Shown: piece by piece, positions 1 through 13,345 of the stretch
Position numbering within the stretch: position 1 is the stretch's first letter
Layout of the letters: every line of letters starts with the position of its first letter
Assembly (NCBI GenBank): GCA_904063045.1
Contig: CAJFCJ010000028.1
Location: forward strand, 1-64,000
Reading direction: 5' to 3'
Source: Dimorphilus gyrociliatus
Taxonomy: Eukaryota; Animalia; Annelida
Length of the DNA stretch: 64,000 nt
Translations under genes and position numbers: made by a program
The notes under the pieces: model-generated
The model's input: only the letters and a program-made list of their open reading frames with translations
The model's database searches: none
Told to the model about the DNA's origin: nothing

Positions 1-1
1 T

Positions 2-1915
2 GGTTTCTGGAAGCCCGGATCTGGAATTATTCATCAAATTATCTTGGAAAATTATGCTTTCCCTGGCTTACTTATGATCGGTACTGACAGTCACACTCCG
101 AACGGCGGAGGTCTTGGAGGTTTATGTATTGGAGTTGGAGGAGCAGACGCTGTAGATGTTATGGCTGATATACCATGGGAGTTAAAATGTCCCAAAGTTA
201 TTGGGGTTAATTTGACTGGCAAACTTAGTGGTTGGACGTCTCCTAAAGATGTTATTTTGAAGGTTGCAGATATTCTTACTGTGAAGGGAGGAACTGGGGC
301 TATTGTTGAGTACTTTGGACCTGGGGTAGAATCAATTTCTTGCACTGGAATGGCAACTATTTGTAATATGGGCGCAGAAATAGGTGCAACCACTTCAGTG
401 TTCCCTTATAATAGGCGTATGAAAGATTATTTAACTTCTACTACAAGAGGAAAAATTGGGGAAGAGGCTGATAAATATATGCATTTACTTAATGCTGACC
501 AAGGGTGTGAATATGATGAAGTGATTAATATTGATCTGAACACTCTTGAGCCACATATCAACGGTCCTTTTACGCCTGATCTTGCTCATCCAATTTCTAA
601 GATGGGAGAAAATGCTAAGAAAAACAATTATCCCATGGAAATTAAAGTTGGTTTGATTGGATCTTGCACCAATTCTTCATACGAAGATATGTCTCGATCC
701 GCTAGTATTGCTAGACAAGCAACAAAAAGAGGAATAAAGGCTAAAGCTAAATTTACTATTACACCTGGTAGTGAGCAAATTAGAGCTACTATTGAAAGAG
801 ACGGTCAAGCTAAAGATTTGGAAGAAATTGGCGGTCTTGTTTTGGCGAATGCTTGTGGACCTTGCATTGGTCAATGGAAGAGAGAAGACGTGAAGAAAGG
901 CGAACCAAACACTATTGTTACTTCATACAACAGAAATTTCACAGGCAGAAATGATGCTAATCCTGCAACACACGGATTTGTAACCTCACCAGAGCTTGTA
1001 ACTGCTATGGTGCTGGGAGGACGTTTAGATTTCAATCCATTAACCGATTTTCTTACTGACGCTAATGGAGAGAAATTCAAATTGGACAGTCCATATGGTG
1101 ATGAGTTACCAAATAAGGGATTTGATCCTGGTGAAGATACCTTCCAACCGCCTCCAGCTGACGGTAGCAGCGTATCAGTTGACGTAAGCCCATCTTCACA
1201 AAGACTTCAACTTCTTGAACCCTTTGATAGATGGGATGGAAAAGATTTAACCGAAATGACAATTCTTATCAAAACCCTAGGAAAATGCACCACCGATCAC
1301 ATTTCTATGGCTGGTCCGTGGTTAAAATTTAGAGGTCATTTAGATAATATCTCAAACAACTTGCTTATTGGAGCAACAAATGCTGAAAACCAAGAAATGA
1401 ATAAAGTGAAAAATCAAACTTCTGGAGAATATGGAAGCGTTCCTGACACTGCCAGAGATTATAAAGCAAAGGGAATTAAATGGGTGGTTATTGGAGATGA
1501 AAACTACGGAGAAGGATCCAGCAGAGAGCATGCTGCATTGGAGCCACGTCATCTTGGCGGAAGAGCTATTATTGTTAAGAGCTTCGCTAGAATTCATGAA
1601 ACTAATTTGAAGAAGCAAGGAATGCTACCGTTAACTTTCGCCAAATCATCAGACTATGATAAAATTAAACCAGATGACAAAATTTCTATTGTAGGACTAG
1701 ATTCTTTCGCTCCTGGAAAGGTAAATAAAAATTTATAACTGTAAAAGATACCGTAATAATTGATATAAAACTGTTTACAGCCATTGACTTGCGAGATTAA
1801 GCATAATGATGGATCTACCGAAAGCATCACTCTCAACCATTCATTCAACGAATTGCAGATTAATTGGTTCAAATCAGGTTCTGCTCTCAACTACATGGCT
1901 GATTCCAAGCAATAA
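2..1915 (+). CDS. ACO2: Mitochondrial aconitate hydratase, 3' part (5'-truncated by window edge); exons <2-1720 and 1781-1915
   Basis: Frame open from base 2 ([18 protein letters not shown]). Motifs [49 protein letters not shown] and [17 protein letters not shown] 60-nt GT-AG intron (1721-1780) restores the C-terminus PLTCEIKH...[12 protein letters not shown], stop at 1913-1915. Confidence 0.97.
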
Positions 1916-2743
1916 ACAGTCTTAAAAATCCGTTGAAAAGTATTGTTAATTGGCAACTCAAAATCTAAAATATTTTATGTTGATGTGTCATATAGAGTTT
2001 ATCGTAGAGGAAATATGAGCCGTGCCAATTCTGTGTCTGGTCAAATGGATGAAAAAACAAAAAAAACAAAAAAAAAACAAAACAAAAGAAAGAAAAAGTT
2101 GTGTTGACTTGTTTAATAAGTTATTTAATATCTTTAATTCATTCAAAATTTCTGTTATCACGAAATCAGAGAATAGCTACAACCATTTAATTCACATGTA
2201 AATGTAATACTTAAAGTTTCTCTTGATTGTGTGTAAAGTTACTAAAATAAAAATGACTGATTAATATATTAACAATATAAAAGTAATAATTAAAATCTAA
2301 TCTTTGATTAGATCTAACAGTGTGAAGTGTGACTCTAAAAGAATTAAAAAAACACTTACATTATATCCTTTGGAAACAAAAATTTTCAAATGTAAAAAAA
2401 AAATCAGGCTTTGTTTTTCTCTAAAATAAACACATCTCGTAAAAACAGAAAACAATAAATTAAATATCACAAAGCCGAAGGATCCTAAAGACAGCTTTCA
2501 AACTGTTGTTTTGTTCGATTTATTACATAGTCCATTATAGGTATAACATACATAATAATAATTATAATCTTTTTGCTGACAATTATTAGATAAGAGTGTT
2601 ACTAAGCTATTCTAGACTTTGTATCCTGTTTTGGCCAATAGTAAAACTATTCTCGATGAAAATTAACCTCCAGTGTAAATGCGAGAGAACAGTTGTTTAT
2701 AGGAAAAAAAATTATCGGTACAAAATACTTGTTTAGTAGAAAG

Positions 2744-4392
2744 ATGTCTTCGAATTCTGGCCAAATCGAAAATTTCAAGTTGGTACGCGCTGATATTCAG
2801 GACCGATTCATAAGCGTAAGTATCTTATTGAGATTTAATTAATATTTGAACGTTTATGTAATTGGAAAATGCGCCAATTTACAATATAGGTTACTTGGTC
2901 GAGTGGCTCTAAAAGTCTATTTCCATGCGTTTGGCTGAGAGATAATTGCCAATCTCAAGATTGTTTCCATCCATCAACAAAATCCAGGTTGCTAACTTTG
3001 GACAATATTGATACGGATGAAATACCTACTAATGTCAAAGTTATATCTTGTTTCTATAGATATTTGATTAATTTTTAATCTCTATCTTTTTTCCATCAAT
3101 TAGATAAACTGTAACAACGAGTTAGAAATTGTATGGAAAAATAATCACGTTAGTTTATATAAAGCGGAATGGTTGGATAAAAGAAGATTTGAGGAAGACG
3201 CCAGAAAGAAACGTCTTACTTGGTTGGGAACTGATATGGAATTATGGGGATCGGAAATGAAAAACAAAGTTCCTGTTCAACAATTCCAGAAGGTCTTTAG
3301 TACTTTAGAAAAAAACCCCGCAATTTATTATTTATGTAGTCATTCCTAAATTTAGATTCTTGACGACGATAACGAACTTTATCTTTGGTTAAGACATCTG
3401 GAAAAGTATGGTTTAGTGTTGATTAAAGACGCTCCGAGGGAAGTTGGTCAATTAAATAAATTGGGTCAGCGAGTATTTTTCTTAAGAAAAACTCATTACG
3501 GGTAGGCATATCCATCCGATAAAAGACTTGAGCATAAATATTTAAAAATACTACTTTTACTTACTTTACAGAGAAACTTTTCAAGTAAAGGTGAAGGCCG
3601 ATCCTAATAATGCGGCTTATACAACAGGCATTTTAAATCTACATATAGATCAATGTTATTATGATTACACACCGGGGGTATGATTATTTTAATAATTTAA
3701 TAATTAATTTCATTGCTAAAACCGAAAAGGTGCAAATGCTTCATTGTATCGAAAATGAGGCAGAAGGTGGGGAAAGTGAATTTTGTGATGGTTTTCACGT
3801 TGTTAATCAGCTAAAGGAAAGATTCGCTGAATATTTTAATATCCTTAAATCAGTAGATTTAGATTTTATGGATATTGGAACAGAGAATAATCGAAAATTT
3901 CACAAGATTCATAGATGTCCAACAATATGGTAGGAACAGATTTTTCGAATGTATAATTAATATATTGAATATTCATTAAATCAAATTCCATTTTCTAATT
4001 CAAATATTAAATTTATAGCACAAATCATAAAGGAGAAATATTGAAAATAATGTTTAACAATGCAATAAGAGACTCTCACATTGACTGTGATGCTGAAACT
4101 GCCTTAAAGATTTACGAGTCTCTTAAAGTATTTCATAAGCTCCTTAACGACGAACGCAATAAAATTTCCTTTAAGTTAAAGCCCGGTAATAGTGTTTTAA
4201 TAAAATTGACTTTTTTTATCTCTATTAAATTCTTTTTGTTTAGGTGAAATTGTTTGTTTCCACAATTTCCGCGTACTTCACGGCAGAAAAGCTTTTAAAA
4301 GTAATAGAAATCGACATTTGGAGGGTGCCTACATCGATTGGGATGAAATACATGATAAAATGAGAGTTCTACGTTCCGAATTAAATAATTAA
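2744..4392 (+). CDS. BBOX1: Gamma-butyrobetaine dioxygenase (Fe/2-oxoglutarate), multi-exon
   Basis: Spliced translation gives the N-terminal Zn module WLRDNCQSQDCFHPSTKSR, then HIDQCYYDYTPG (HxD), QMLHCI, GGESEFCDGF, MFNNAIRDS and FHNFRVLHGRKAF...RHLEGAYIDWD. Introns are short GT-AG. Confidence 0.9.
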
Positions 4393-4715
4393 ATTCCTTA
4401 TTATTACTTCTCTTCCATTAATAAACGAAAATCTTTTATTAGCTTTTTGCTGGTCCTTTAGTTTTAAAACAACAGATGGCGTTCGAATAGGCTATTCTCA
4501 GTGTAACAGATGCTTTTCTGTGGATATTATATGAATTTTAGTTAAACATATCTTCTGATTGAACAAACATTTTAATTGAACTATATATATATTTTTAAAA
4601 TTTCCGATTCAATGTTGAACAAGCTTAATATATAAATCTCCTTTATAGTTTATTATTCGTTTTCGTTGGGGTTTTAATTTTCGTTTTTATTCTAAATTTT
4701 TGCAAGTTGCTAACT

Positions 4716-7501
4716 ATGTCAGTTTCAGATCCATTAATAAAGCTTTTTAAAAGTAAGTATTTGATGTGCAAAAACAAGAAATTTTTCATTCATTTCTAAT
4801 ATTAAACAGATCACGTAAAAAACTTAAAATGCAGTGAAAATCAAGTTATAACAGATGGACACGATTGTTTACAGCCATTATGCGAATCTCTAGAGGCTAT
4901 ATTTCGTCAAGGAATAATTCGTTTAGTACTCATTTTCTAGTTTAAAATATTAAATAATTAGAACAAATTTTCAACAGAGAACACGAAGCCATTCTTTTTA
5001 GGAAGAAGGGATTATTGGTCTTGGATTGATAACATTAATGATTCGTCAAGTAATCCTTATCGCTATGCAAGGTATATTATGAAATCCGATTGATCTAATT
5101 ACAACTACACAACTTGCATTAATTGCAAAAACAGAATAGAGCCTCTATTATCTCTTATTTTAACTGAAGTTAGAGCGAATAAGAAAGTAAGTAGGTGATG
5201 GATATCCTACTCTCTTGTAGCATATTAAACGTTTCAGGTAACATCATTACAAGGGCGAGGTCGTCTTTTCATTAGAATAGCTTTACAAAAAAGAGTCCTA
5301 CCATTAGTCATAAAACAATTAGAAGAGAATTGGTCTCATTTACAGGTACTTTAAATTTACATTATTTCCAATAGAATTATACTTTCTCTCTTGTTATTTT
5401 TCATAGTCATGCTACCACCCAAATTCTATAATTGCTGATGAAATACTAAGAGGTAAGCCTAATTTATCAACCTAATTAATTCTATTGATAAGAAAAAAAG
5501 ACAAATATTATACGTAAATGTTGATTAATCATTTACTTTCAGAAATATTTTTATCTGCTTTATGCCAATTAAATACTGTTGATTTTAAGCTAAATATTAA
5601 GGTAGATTAGTTACAATTTATGATAAACTAAACTCTCTTAAGACAAAGTGATTCTATTTATAGAATTCGTCTTTTCTCGATGATACGTGGATAATACCCA
5701 AGTATAGACAATACGAATTCGTACCAAGTAAAGACTTGGGTGTTCGAGTAATGTAAGATTCATTTAAAATAGATATATTTATACATAAAGGAAATTAAAA
5801 TGCGGAAATCTGACTTACAGTCTAGCAGAAGGGCATTGTCTAGTAACATCTGTGGAAGAGAATAGTGTTGCTGGAGAGAACAACCGCATAGAAATAGGAG
5901 ATGCAATAGATGAGTTATTGGGACAAAGTTTCAGAACAATGTCCATTTCGAAAGCCCAGTCACTTTTAAAAGAAAACAAAGGTTATCCGATATTTCTAGG
6001 TGTTGTTAAAGCGAAAATGACAAACGGTTATGTTTTTCCTCCTATTTCCGAGTAAGTATGGAGAAAACTCTTTACTTTTATCTTTATTAATCTTTCTTCT
6101 ATAAACAGTCTAATAAAACTTACTGATATTGATCTTGGAAGCATTGAAAAGCAAGCCAAAGATGGTAAAATATACTGTATTTATATCAAAAAAATAATAA
6201 TAGCCTATATATTTAAATAAAAAAAGGAAAAACAATTAGTTCTAACAAAGTAACAGAATATATAGTTTATAGTAATAGTATATATCTTATTCAACAGAAT
6301 ATAAAAAAAGATCAAATAAAGAAACACCTGCTCATACTATTTTACCTGAAGATGAATATGATAAAATACCTGTATCAAATTCCACAGATTCGTGAGTTCA
6401 GTTCAAATACCTTAACTTTTGTAAAAGTAGAAAAGTATTTTCATAAAATCAATAAAACACTTATTTTAATATTTGAAACTAAAAGTTTTCTTTACAACAA
6501 CACATAAAAGCTATAAGTATAATAAAACAAGCCAATGTAGGTCAAAAGCTATTACTCAAATCTTGCTCTCTATATGTGTTTATCTTAATCAACGACTAGC
6601 TGTCTTTAATCACGAGACGTTTTTATCGTTGTATTTTTTTTTAAATTGATATATATATATACAGTATATTATTATATATGAGCTTTAATGACTTTCTCCT
6701 TAAATTCTTTTCTTTTTCTGACTCAGGGCCGATTATTATGTGAAATATGTTGGTGCAATTTCAGTTGGATCGGTATGCATGTTGTTAAAATATCTAACAC
6801 ATATATAAAAGTTAAGCCTATTATCAAAAACTATCTTTATGCCTTTTTTAATAAAGGATGGAGGAGTTCATCAAATCGAAAAGGCCATTGGAAATATAAT
6901 TAAACAAGATCAAGAAAAGAGCCTAGACGAATATCAAGTACTTTTTTCAGATATTCTTTAATTAAATATAATTTATCTTTCATTAATTAAGATAAAATAA
7001 TACTTTGTTTATTTAATAATAGAATGTTGGCTTAGCTTTAGGAGAAAAAGATGTAATTGTCACCGATTCATTATCAAATAAGATTTTATTCAAGCATTCT
7101 TATACGGAAATTGCGTCATGCGGACGAAGATTGGATAATATGCTATTGGTGGCTTACATTGCAGGGTACGTATATTCTGTATTATTTGAATCGTCTTCTA
7201 TAAATACTGTATATATATTTATATGTTTAGAGAAACTACATGTAGCTTTGCTAAGGATTTCAAAGCCTATGTATTTAGAGCATCTGATAGATCGGAAGTA
7301 AGTAACGAATTCAATCTTTAAACTCTACTTGCTTCACATCAATCTCTCTTTATATGCTTAACGTTTGTTCCTTTAGGCTAAAGATATCTTATGCAGTATA
7401 GGTAAGTTATAAAGAAAAGTTAATAATAAAAATATTTCAAGTTAAACTCTTCATTATTCCTGTTAGCTCAAGGTTTTGATCGAACTCACTTTTTCGTTTA
7501 A
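4716..7501 (+). CDS. RUN + PDZ + PTB domain adaptor protein, about 17 small exons
   Basis: RUN-like LQPLCESLEAIFRQG, RRDYWSWI and GRGRLFIRIALQK; PDZ-like VTSVEENSVAGENNRIEIGDAIDEL; PTB-like YVKYVGAISVGS, KHSYTEIASCGRR and KAYVFRA. Ends AQGFDRTHFFV*. All exons are bounded by GT-AG. Confidence 0.8.
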
Positions 7502-8154
7502 CCATAAGAAAAGGAGAAGAAGAATTAGAACAAGAACAAGAACAAGAATAATATATTTTATTAATTTTAAGAAAATATGACCAGTAGTTTTTATTTTTAA
7601 TATTCCATTTTTTATATTAATTTGACCTATTTTAAAATAATTGAAAAATAATATAAAAAAACATCCTTATCAATAAACAAAATTATCATTTTTATACTTC
7701 CAAAAAGCTTTTCACGCTATCAAATTGTTTTCTTTAAGAATACACCAAAATTTCATAATATACAACTAGAAGGAGAAATTTTCAATCTTAATTTGAATAT
7801 CTACATCTATTTCCGGTTGATATATAAAAAAAAGGGCGAGGCCAATTTCTTGCTAATTAATAATGTTTCAAACTAGTCTTATACGTGTATAGCAATTCTT
7901 ATTATGTATTTTACAACTTTTACCTTCTCGTTTGGTGTGATTTTATTTACTCTTCTTGTCTATTTAAAAGTAAAATAACGTTAAATATGAAATTATGGAG
8001 GAAGTTCAATATTTCTATCGTTCAATATCTACCTGATAAAATGAGTCACTCATTTAAAATATATTTTTTATCTTGTTTATCTATTTCTGTTATCGGAATG
8101 ATAAATAGCAATTGTATTTGCCTGTGCGTTTAGTTATTCGCGGAGTGGTCAACG

Positions 8155-10870
8155 ATGAAGATATTAATTTTCTCTTTTCTGGCTCTGTCTACTTTTCTAA
8201 TTGTTCGATGTAGTAATATTACGGATGGAAGTGAACTAGAATCAAGGAGTAGAGTTAAAAATGGTTTAGAACCTCTGGTCAAATTTGTCCATTTCTTTCT
8301 CCATAAGGTTGTTCAACCAAAGACAATTGACGTATTCCTTAACAAGGCTGAAATAACAGACTATACATCATGGCAGAATTACTGGCGAAATACCAATTGG
8401 AAAACAATTGTTAATCATATGAGTAAAGTTTATTTGGGCTTTACAATTATAACTCTTATAGGTGTATTCGTCATTGTTGGATTATTAATATCCGGTTTAG
8501 TAGTTTGCTGCTGCCGATGTTGCTGTTCAAAAAAGCCAAAGATAGACGAAGGAGGTAAAGATACCTGCAAAAGAACTTGCTGTGGCTTTATACTGTTTAT
8601 TATATCACTCTTCTGCGTTGGCCTATGTGTTGTTGGAGCTGTTGCTGGAACTCATTTGGCTAGAGAAATTAAGGCTGAAAATTTTCCAAAAGATTTTGAA
8701 GATATAAGCTTAGTCATTAACAGTTATATATCTTCTACCAAGTCCAATATGACAAAGACAATTACAAATACAATAAGTGAAACTCGGGATCAGGTTAACG
8801 ATAAATTAACAGTATTCCCACAATCTGTATTTACTAATTTCAATCGTGAAATCAAAGACGTAAATTCTACATTTAATAGTATAATAAGAACATCTAATAG
8901 AAACCAATTGGCGTCTTCTTATACTGATATGAAGTTCAGTAGCGGAAATTATAGTGCGAGTAGAGGACAGTTGACTACTTCTCTTACTACGTTAAAGTCT
9001 GATATAAGTACAAAATTACAAACTTGTTCGTCAGATGAGTGTACACGTGCAAAAGAATTGCTGAAAATTATGCGACCAGAAGCTGATTTTTCTAACTTGA
9101 GTAAATATGATTTAAATTTTACAATTATTGAATTTAGTTTACTAAACTGATCGTTTTTCTCTAGAGTCAGTAGATGATGCTATTCTGGCTGCTTTTTTAG
9201 TTGTTCAGACTGGAGAATCCCTCAAACAAGCACTGACAAGATATTCTAATATTGAAAACACGATAACAACTGCGGCCAATAGCGCTATAGTAAGGGCAAA
9301 AAAAGAAGTTTCTGATATTGCTTCAAGTGGACTGCAAGCTGCAAAAGATTTAGAGAAGAAATTAGATTTTCAAGTCAGCATGAAATTTAACTCCAAGACA
9401 AAAAATAACTTGAATAAAGCCTCGAAAATAGTTTTCAGTAGTTTAATCGGAATTGCTGGATTGTTGGCTTTAATTGGTATTTTTTTTATAATCGGTCTAT
9501 TTTGTGGTGGAGTGTTACCTCAACCAAAAAAGCTTGGTCAATGCTGTTCTTCAAACCAAGGGTCTAATATTATATGGGTTGGAGCCATAATATTTTTTAT
9601 TTTTGGTTGGCTTTTACTTCTATTGACAACTTCTCTCTTCCTAGCTGGTGGAATAGCTGAAGATAATGTTTGTAGACACCTAAGGAAAATAGATGAACCT
9701 CTAAATAAGATAGGAGAAATAGTGAAGAAAAGTGTAAAAATCGATATTATTCAAAACTCTACAGTAACTTTTACTGGTCTTTTAAACAGTATGAAAAACA
9801 ACGAAGCAATCTATCAAACTTTGAAACTATCAGATTTTCCAAATCTTAATCTTACGAAATTGTTAAATTTACAAAAAATCCAAGATGCCTTATTAAAAGA
9901 ATTGGCTGAAATTAAAATAGATTTAACAACTGTAAATATCTTGCCAGACACTTTTCCAATTTTAAATCAAACAGGCAACACTTTTGATGAAGTGAATATT
10001 ACTGAATGGATAGCACAAACAAATAAGCAAGTAATGAAGGGTGATCTACTAGAATTGGTAAAAGTAATGAGAGAAATCCAAGGCATAGACCTTGTTTCCG
10101 AAATTAACAGGGCTAACAGCATTCATGGTGATACAGTTGTTCCCATGGAAACACTTAAAACTAGCATCAGTTAGTATAATTAATTGCATATATAAAAAGT
10201 TGTTTTGTAATGTTGATAATTTTTCTTATCAGGAAATTCATCCATGTATGTTAAAGATAGTTTCGAAGATAGGGGCTTTTCCGCTGTTTTGGCAGATTTA
10301 GAAGAAAGTAGTACTACAATTACACAAAGTGGTAGGGGCATTTTGTCATATAAATACGATTTATAGTGTTTACTATTTTTAATGTTTCTTTTTTCATATA
10401 AAGGTAACAATATTACGAGTAAGATAATAAAGGATGAAGCCACTGTTATCTTTGATATTGTTAAATTTCAAATAAATGGCATTATTAGTGTGGCAACAAA
10501 TGAAATAGGCAGAACAAAACCGATGTGGAATGTATATAATTCGCTAACAAGAATATCTTGTGACCAAGTTATGAATTCATTAAACAATTATTGGTTTTGT
10601 TTGGGATGGACAAGTTTCTTTTACCTACTAGCAATGGGTTTTGCAACTGGCATGGCGGATATGTTTAGAAAGCCGAAGGAGGAAGAAGATTTTCCCATGA
10701 CCAATTCAGAGTTAAACGGTATTCCAATGAACTCAAGAAGCTATGTTTATTCAACAAGTGACAATGACAATGACCCAGGAGACCGGAAGTTCTACCCAAG
10801 ACCTAGACAGAGACGAGATATGCACGATCGAACGGGCAGAGTTGACAGGATACAAGAACAATATATCTAA
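8155..10870 (+). CDS. prom: Prominin family 5-TM glycoprotein, paralog a; exons 8155-9100, 9165-10169, 10233-10331, 10404-10870 (838 aa)
   Basis: Signal peptide, TM1 followed by the Cys-rich CCCRCCC segment, a TM2/TM3/TM4 pattern, CRHL motif and C-terminal SCDQVMNSLNNYWFCLGW. Spliced length is 2517 nt and in frame. Confidence 0.9.
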
Positions 10871-11827
10871 GATGAAAATTTCTACAAATTCTCAGTTTTA
10901 TTCCTTGTTATGAGCTTTAGTTTCTATTAACATTTTTTGTTATTACACGAATATCCTATTATATTTATAAATAGTATGTTAAAAGATGTTTGGAATACCT
11001 TTGCAGGCAAAGAGAAAAACATTATTTTAAATGATATTATTAATTAACAGTGTCGACATCTTTATTAAAAAAACTCAATTACATGCATTTAGTTTGTTAA
11101 TTTGTTAATAGAAAAACCTTAAGCTTTCATTAAATACTCAATATAAAGATGGCAGCCGTAGGGGGTCGAATAATTTCGAATTTTACGCAGGTGCTTTTGA
11201 TTACCTGTGCAAAAAGTCGTTTGAAAGACCCTAGAGAATTTCGTTCTCTTTAACAGGCTACGAACTGTTAACTAAATTGGTTTCCAATTAAATAGTAATT
11301 GGTAAAAGTTTAACTCAAAGATTGCATCTGAAAGATGAAACCTTCATTGAAAAAACTACACTATAAATAGACTGAAGATTCAAAATAAACAAAGAAATTG
11401 ACAAGGCTGAAAGATTGAGCGACAGATGGCGCACAACGAGCGACATCTGCTAATCGCCAAGCGCATTGAGCGGACACGTAATATTATGTAATAAGTGTAG
11501 AAAGCTGTATGACCGAAAGCATTTGAAACAGGAGGCAGGCGACATCAGCCACTGATTTCTACACTACAGATAAACACCTCTATAGAAGGAGTTTAATCGC
11601 TTTTTCCTTCTTTTTTGATTTATAACTAAAGAGAAAAACCTTTTCATCTCACCCGACTCCGGCGGCTATTGGTTGAAACTTTTGAATACTTTCGATTTTC
11701 TTCCGGTACAATTAAAGTTTTTACTCTCTCTTTAGACGGAGTTCGACTTTCTATTAGTACTTCTCCTTTTATATCGGATGTATAACTACTAGTCTCAAAT
11801 AGAAATGATATAATAGGGACTACAGTG

Positions 11828-12812
11828 ATGGATATAGGTAGGCCTATTGTATACTGTACACGAATTAAGTAAATATTATTCCAATTAATATTGGACGATA
11901 TAGTCAATTTTTGTAAGCATTTTTACGTATAGAAATCGTTGACCCAATTTTAAAACAAGGACAATTGGTAGTCAGTAAGCTATAGGTCACATCGTCTTAT
12001 ATCATTATTAATAGAACGGAATAATTTAAGAATGCATAACAAAGCGAGTACGTTAATGTTTAACGCATGAAAAAAGAATAAATAAACGAATAGAGGAACG
12101 TTTTGACCCAGTTCAAATGTTAGCTTGGGGAAAAAACGTTGGAAGGAGAAGTGTTTTTATTCAAAGGAAAAGCTATCAGTGTGATTTTTACGGCGTCGTA
12201 AAACGTCATTGCCTGTCCATGCAGGGCTGATAGTTGTATACCTTTGATTTTTGTATACATCTAGATTGTTTGATCCACAGGAGGGCAGCTTGATAGTGAA
12301 AAGTTTCTTAAAGGAGAGAGGAAGAAGGGAGTTTGCAAATGGTTTAATGTATTAAAGGGATTCGGTTTCGTGACGCCTGAAGATGGATCTATGGATATCT
12401 TTGTTCATCAGGTATAATACTCTTAAACGACAATTAAACTACATCCAATGAATAGCATTCCAATTCGCTTCGTCGATTAAAATCATGTATTTTACAACAT
12501 TAGTCAGTTGTTCATATGGAAGGATTTCGAAGTTTAGAAGAAGGTGAAGAGGTCGAATTCGTCTCAAAAGAATCTGATAAAGGTCAAGAGGCAGTTTTCA
12601 TTTGCGGCAGAGGCGGTATTCATTGTCAAGGAAGTAAAAGGAGACCACTACCAAGAAGAAAGAGTAAGAAAATAAAATGCTACAATTGCGGTGAATTTGG
12701 TAATCATATAGCCGCTAAATGCCCAAGAGGGCCTCTTCCTAAACGATGCCATCATTGTAAATCCGACCAACATTTAATAGCCGATTGTCCAGATTTCGAA
12801 AGAGACAATTGA
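11828..12812 (+). CDS. lin28: Lin-28 RNA-binding protein (cold-shock domain + 2 CCHC knuckles); exons 12281-12411 and 12504-12812 certain, first coding exon probably 11828-11837 (alternative 12032-12047)
   Basis: [28 protein letters not shown]|[26 protein letters not shown] and [14 protein letters not shown]. The start exon is inferred from ATGGATATAG|GTAGGC with a matching phase-1 junction. Confidence 0.93.
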
Positions 12813-13345
12813 TCTTTCTAATAAATACTGTTACTATTAAATTGATTAATATACTAATACTTTATTTTAAAGTATTCAAAGACTATTGTACTGTACAAAG
12901 AAAAAATAACTTAAAGAAACATACCAATTATTTGTTATTATAAAAAAATTGATAAACTTTCAATTAATCAATTATCTTTTTAATTATGACTTCTTTCTCT
13001 TAAAAAACCGACTATTTTATTTTATATATTTTCATATACTGTATAAATAGTTCAAACTTTAAAGATCTTTTATGAAAGTATAACTCTATTACTCATTATT
13101 TCATTGTAAAATAGTTAATGCAGCATCTCCCTCTCGTATCTCTCTATTAAATAGTCTGTCAATGCAAAAGTCTTTATATCATTTTATCTTCGTTATTAAT
13201 AATCAAATGAATAATGATTCATGCTATATTAACAACGAGCTTTATCTTATCAATAAAAGTAAAGATTATTTGGCTCTTATCAGTTGCTAATATATATCCT
13301 ATGAATTGCGTCAAACCAGACAATACAACAGAGAGAGAAGGAAAC

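Noticed and set aside
91-1618. Minus-strand ORFs over ACO2 (91-393, 677-874, 871-1080, 1077-1262, 1352-1618)
   Set aside because: Antisense shadows of the aconitase reading frame with no recognisable motifs.
11644-11907. 87-aa minus-strand ORF upstream of lin-28
   Set aside because: It begins with TTG, has no homology I recognise, and is antisense to the probable lin-28 first exon.
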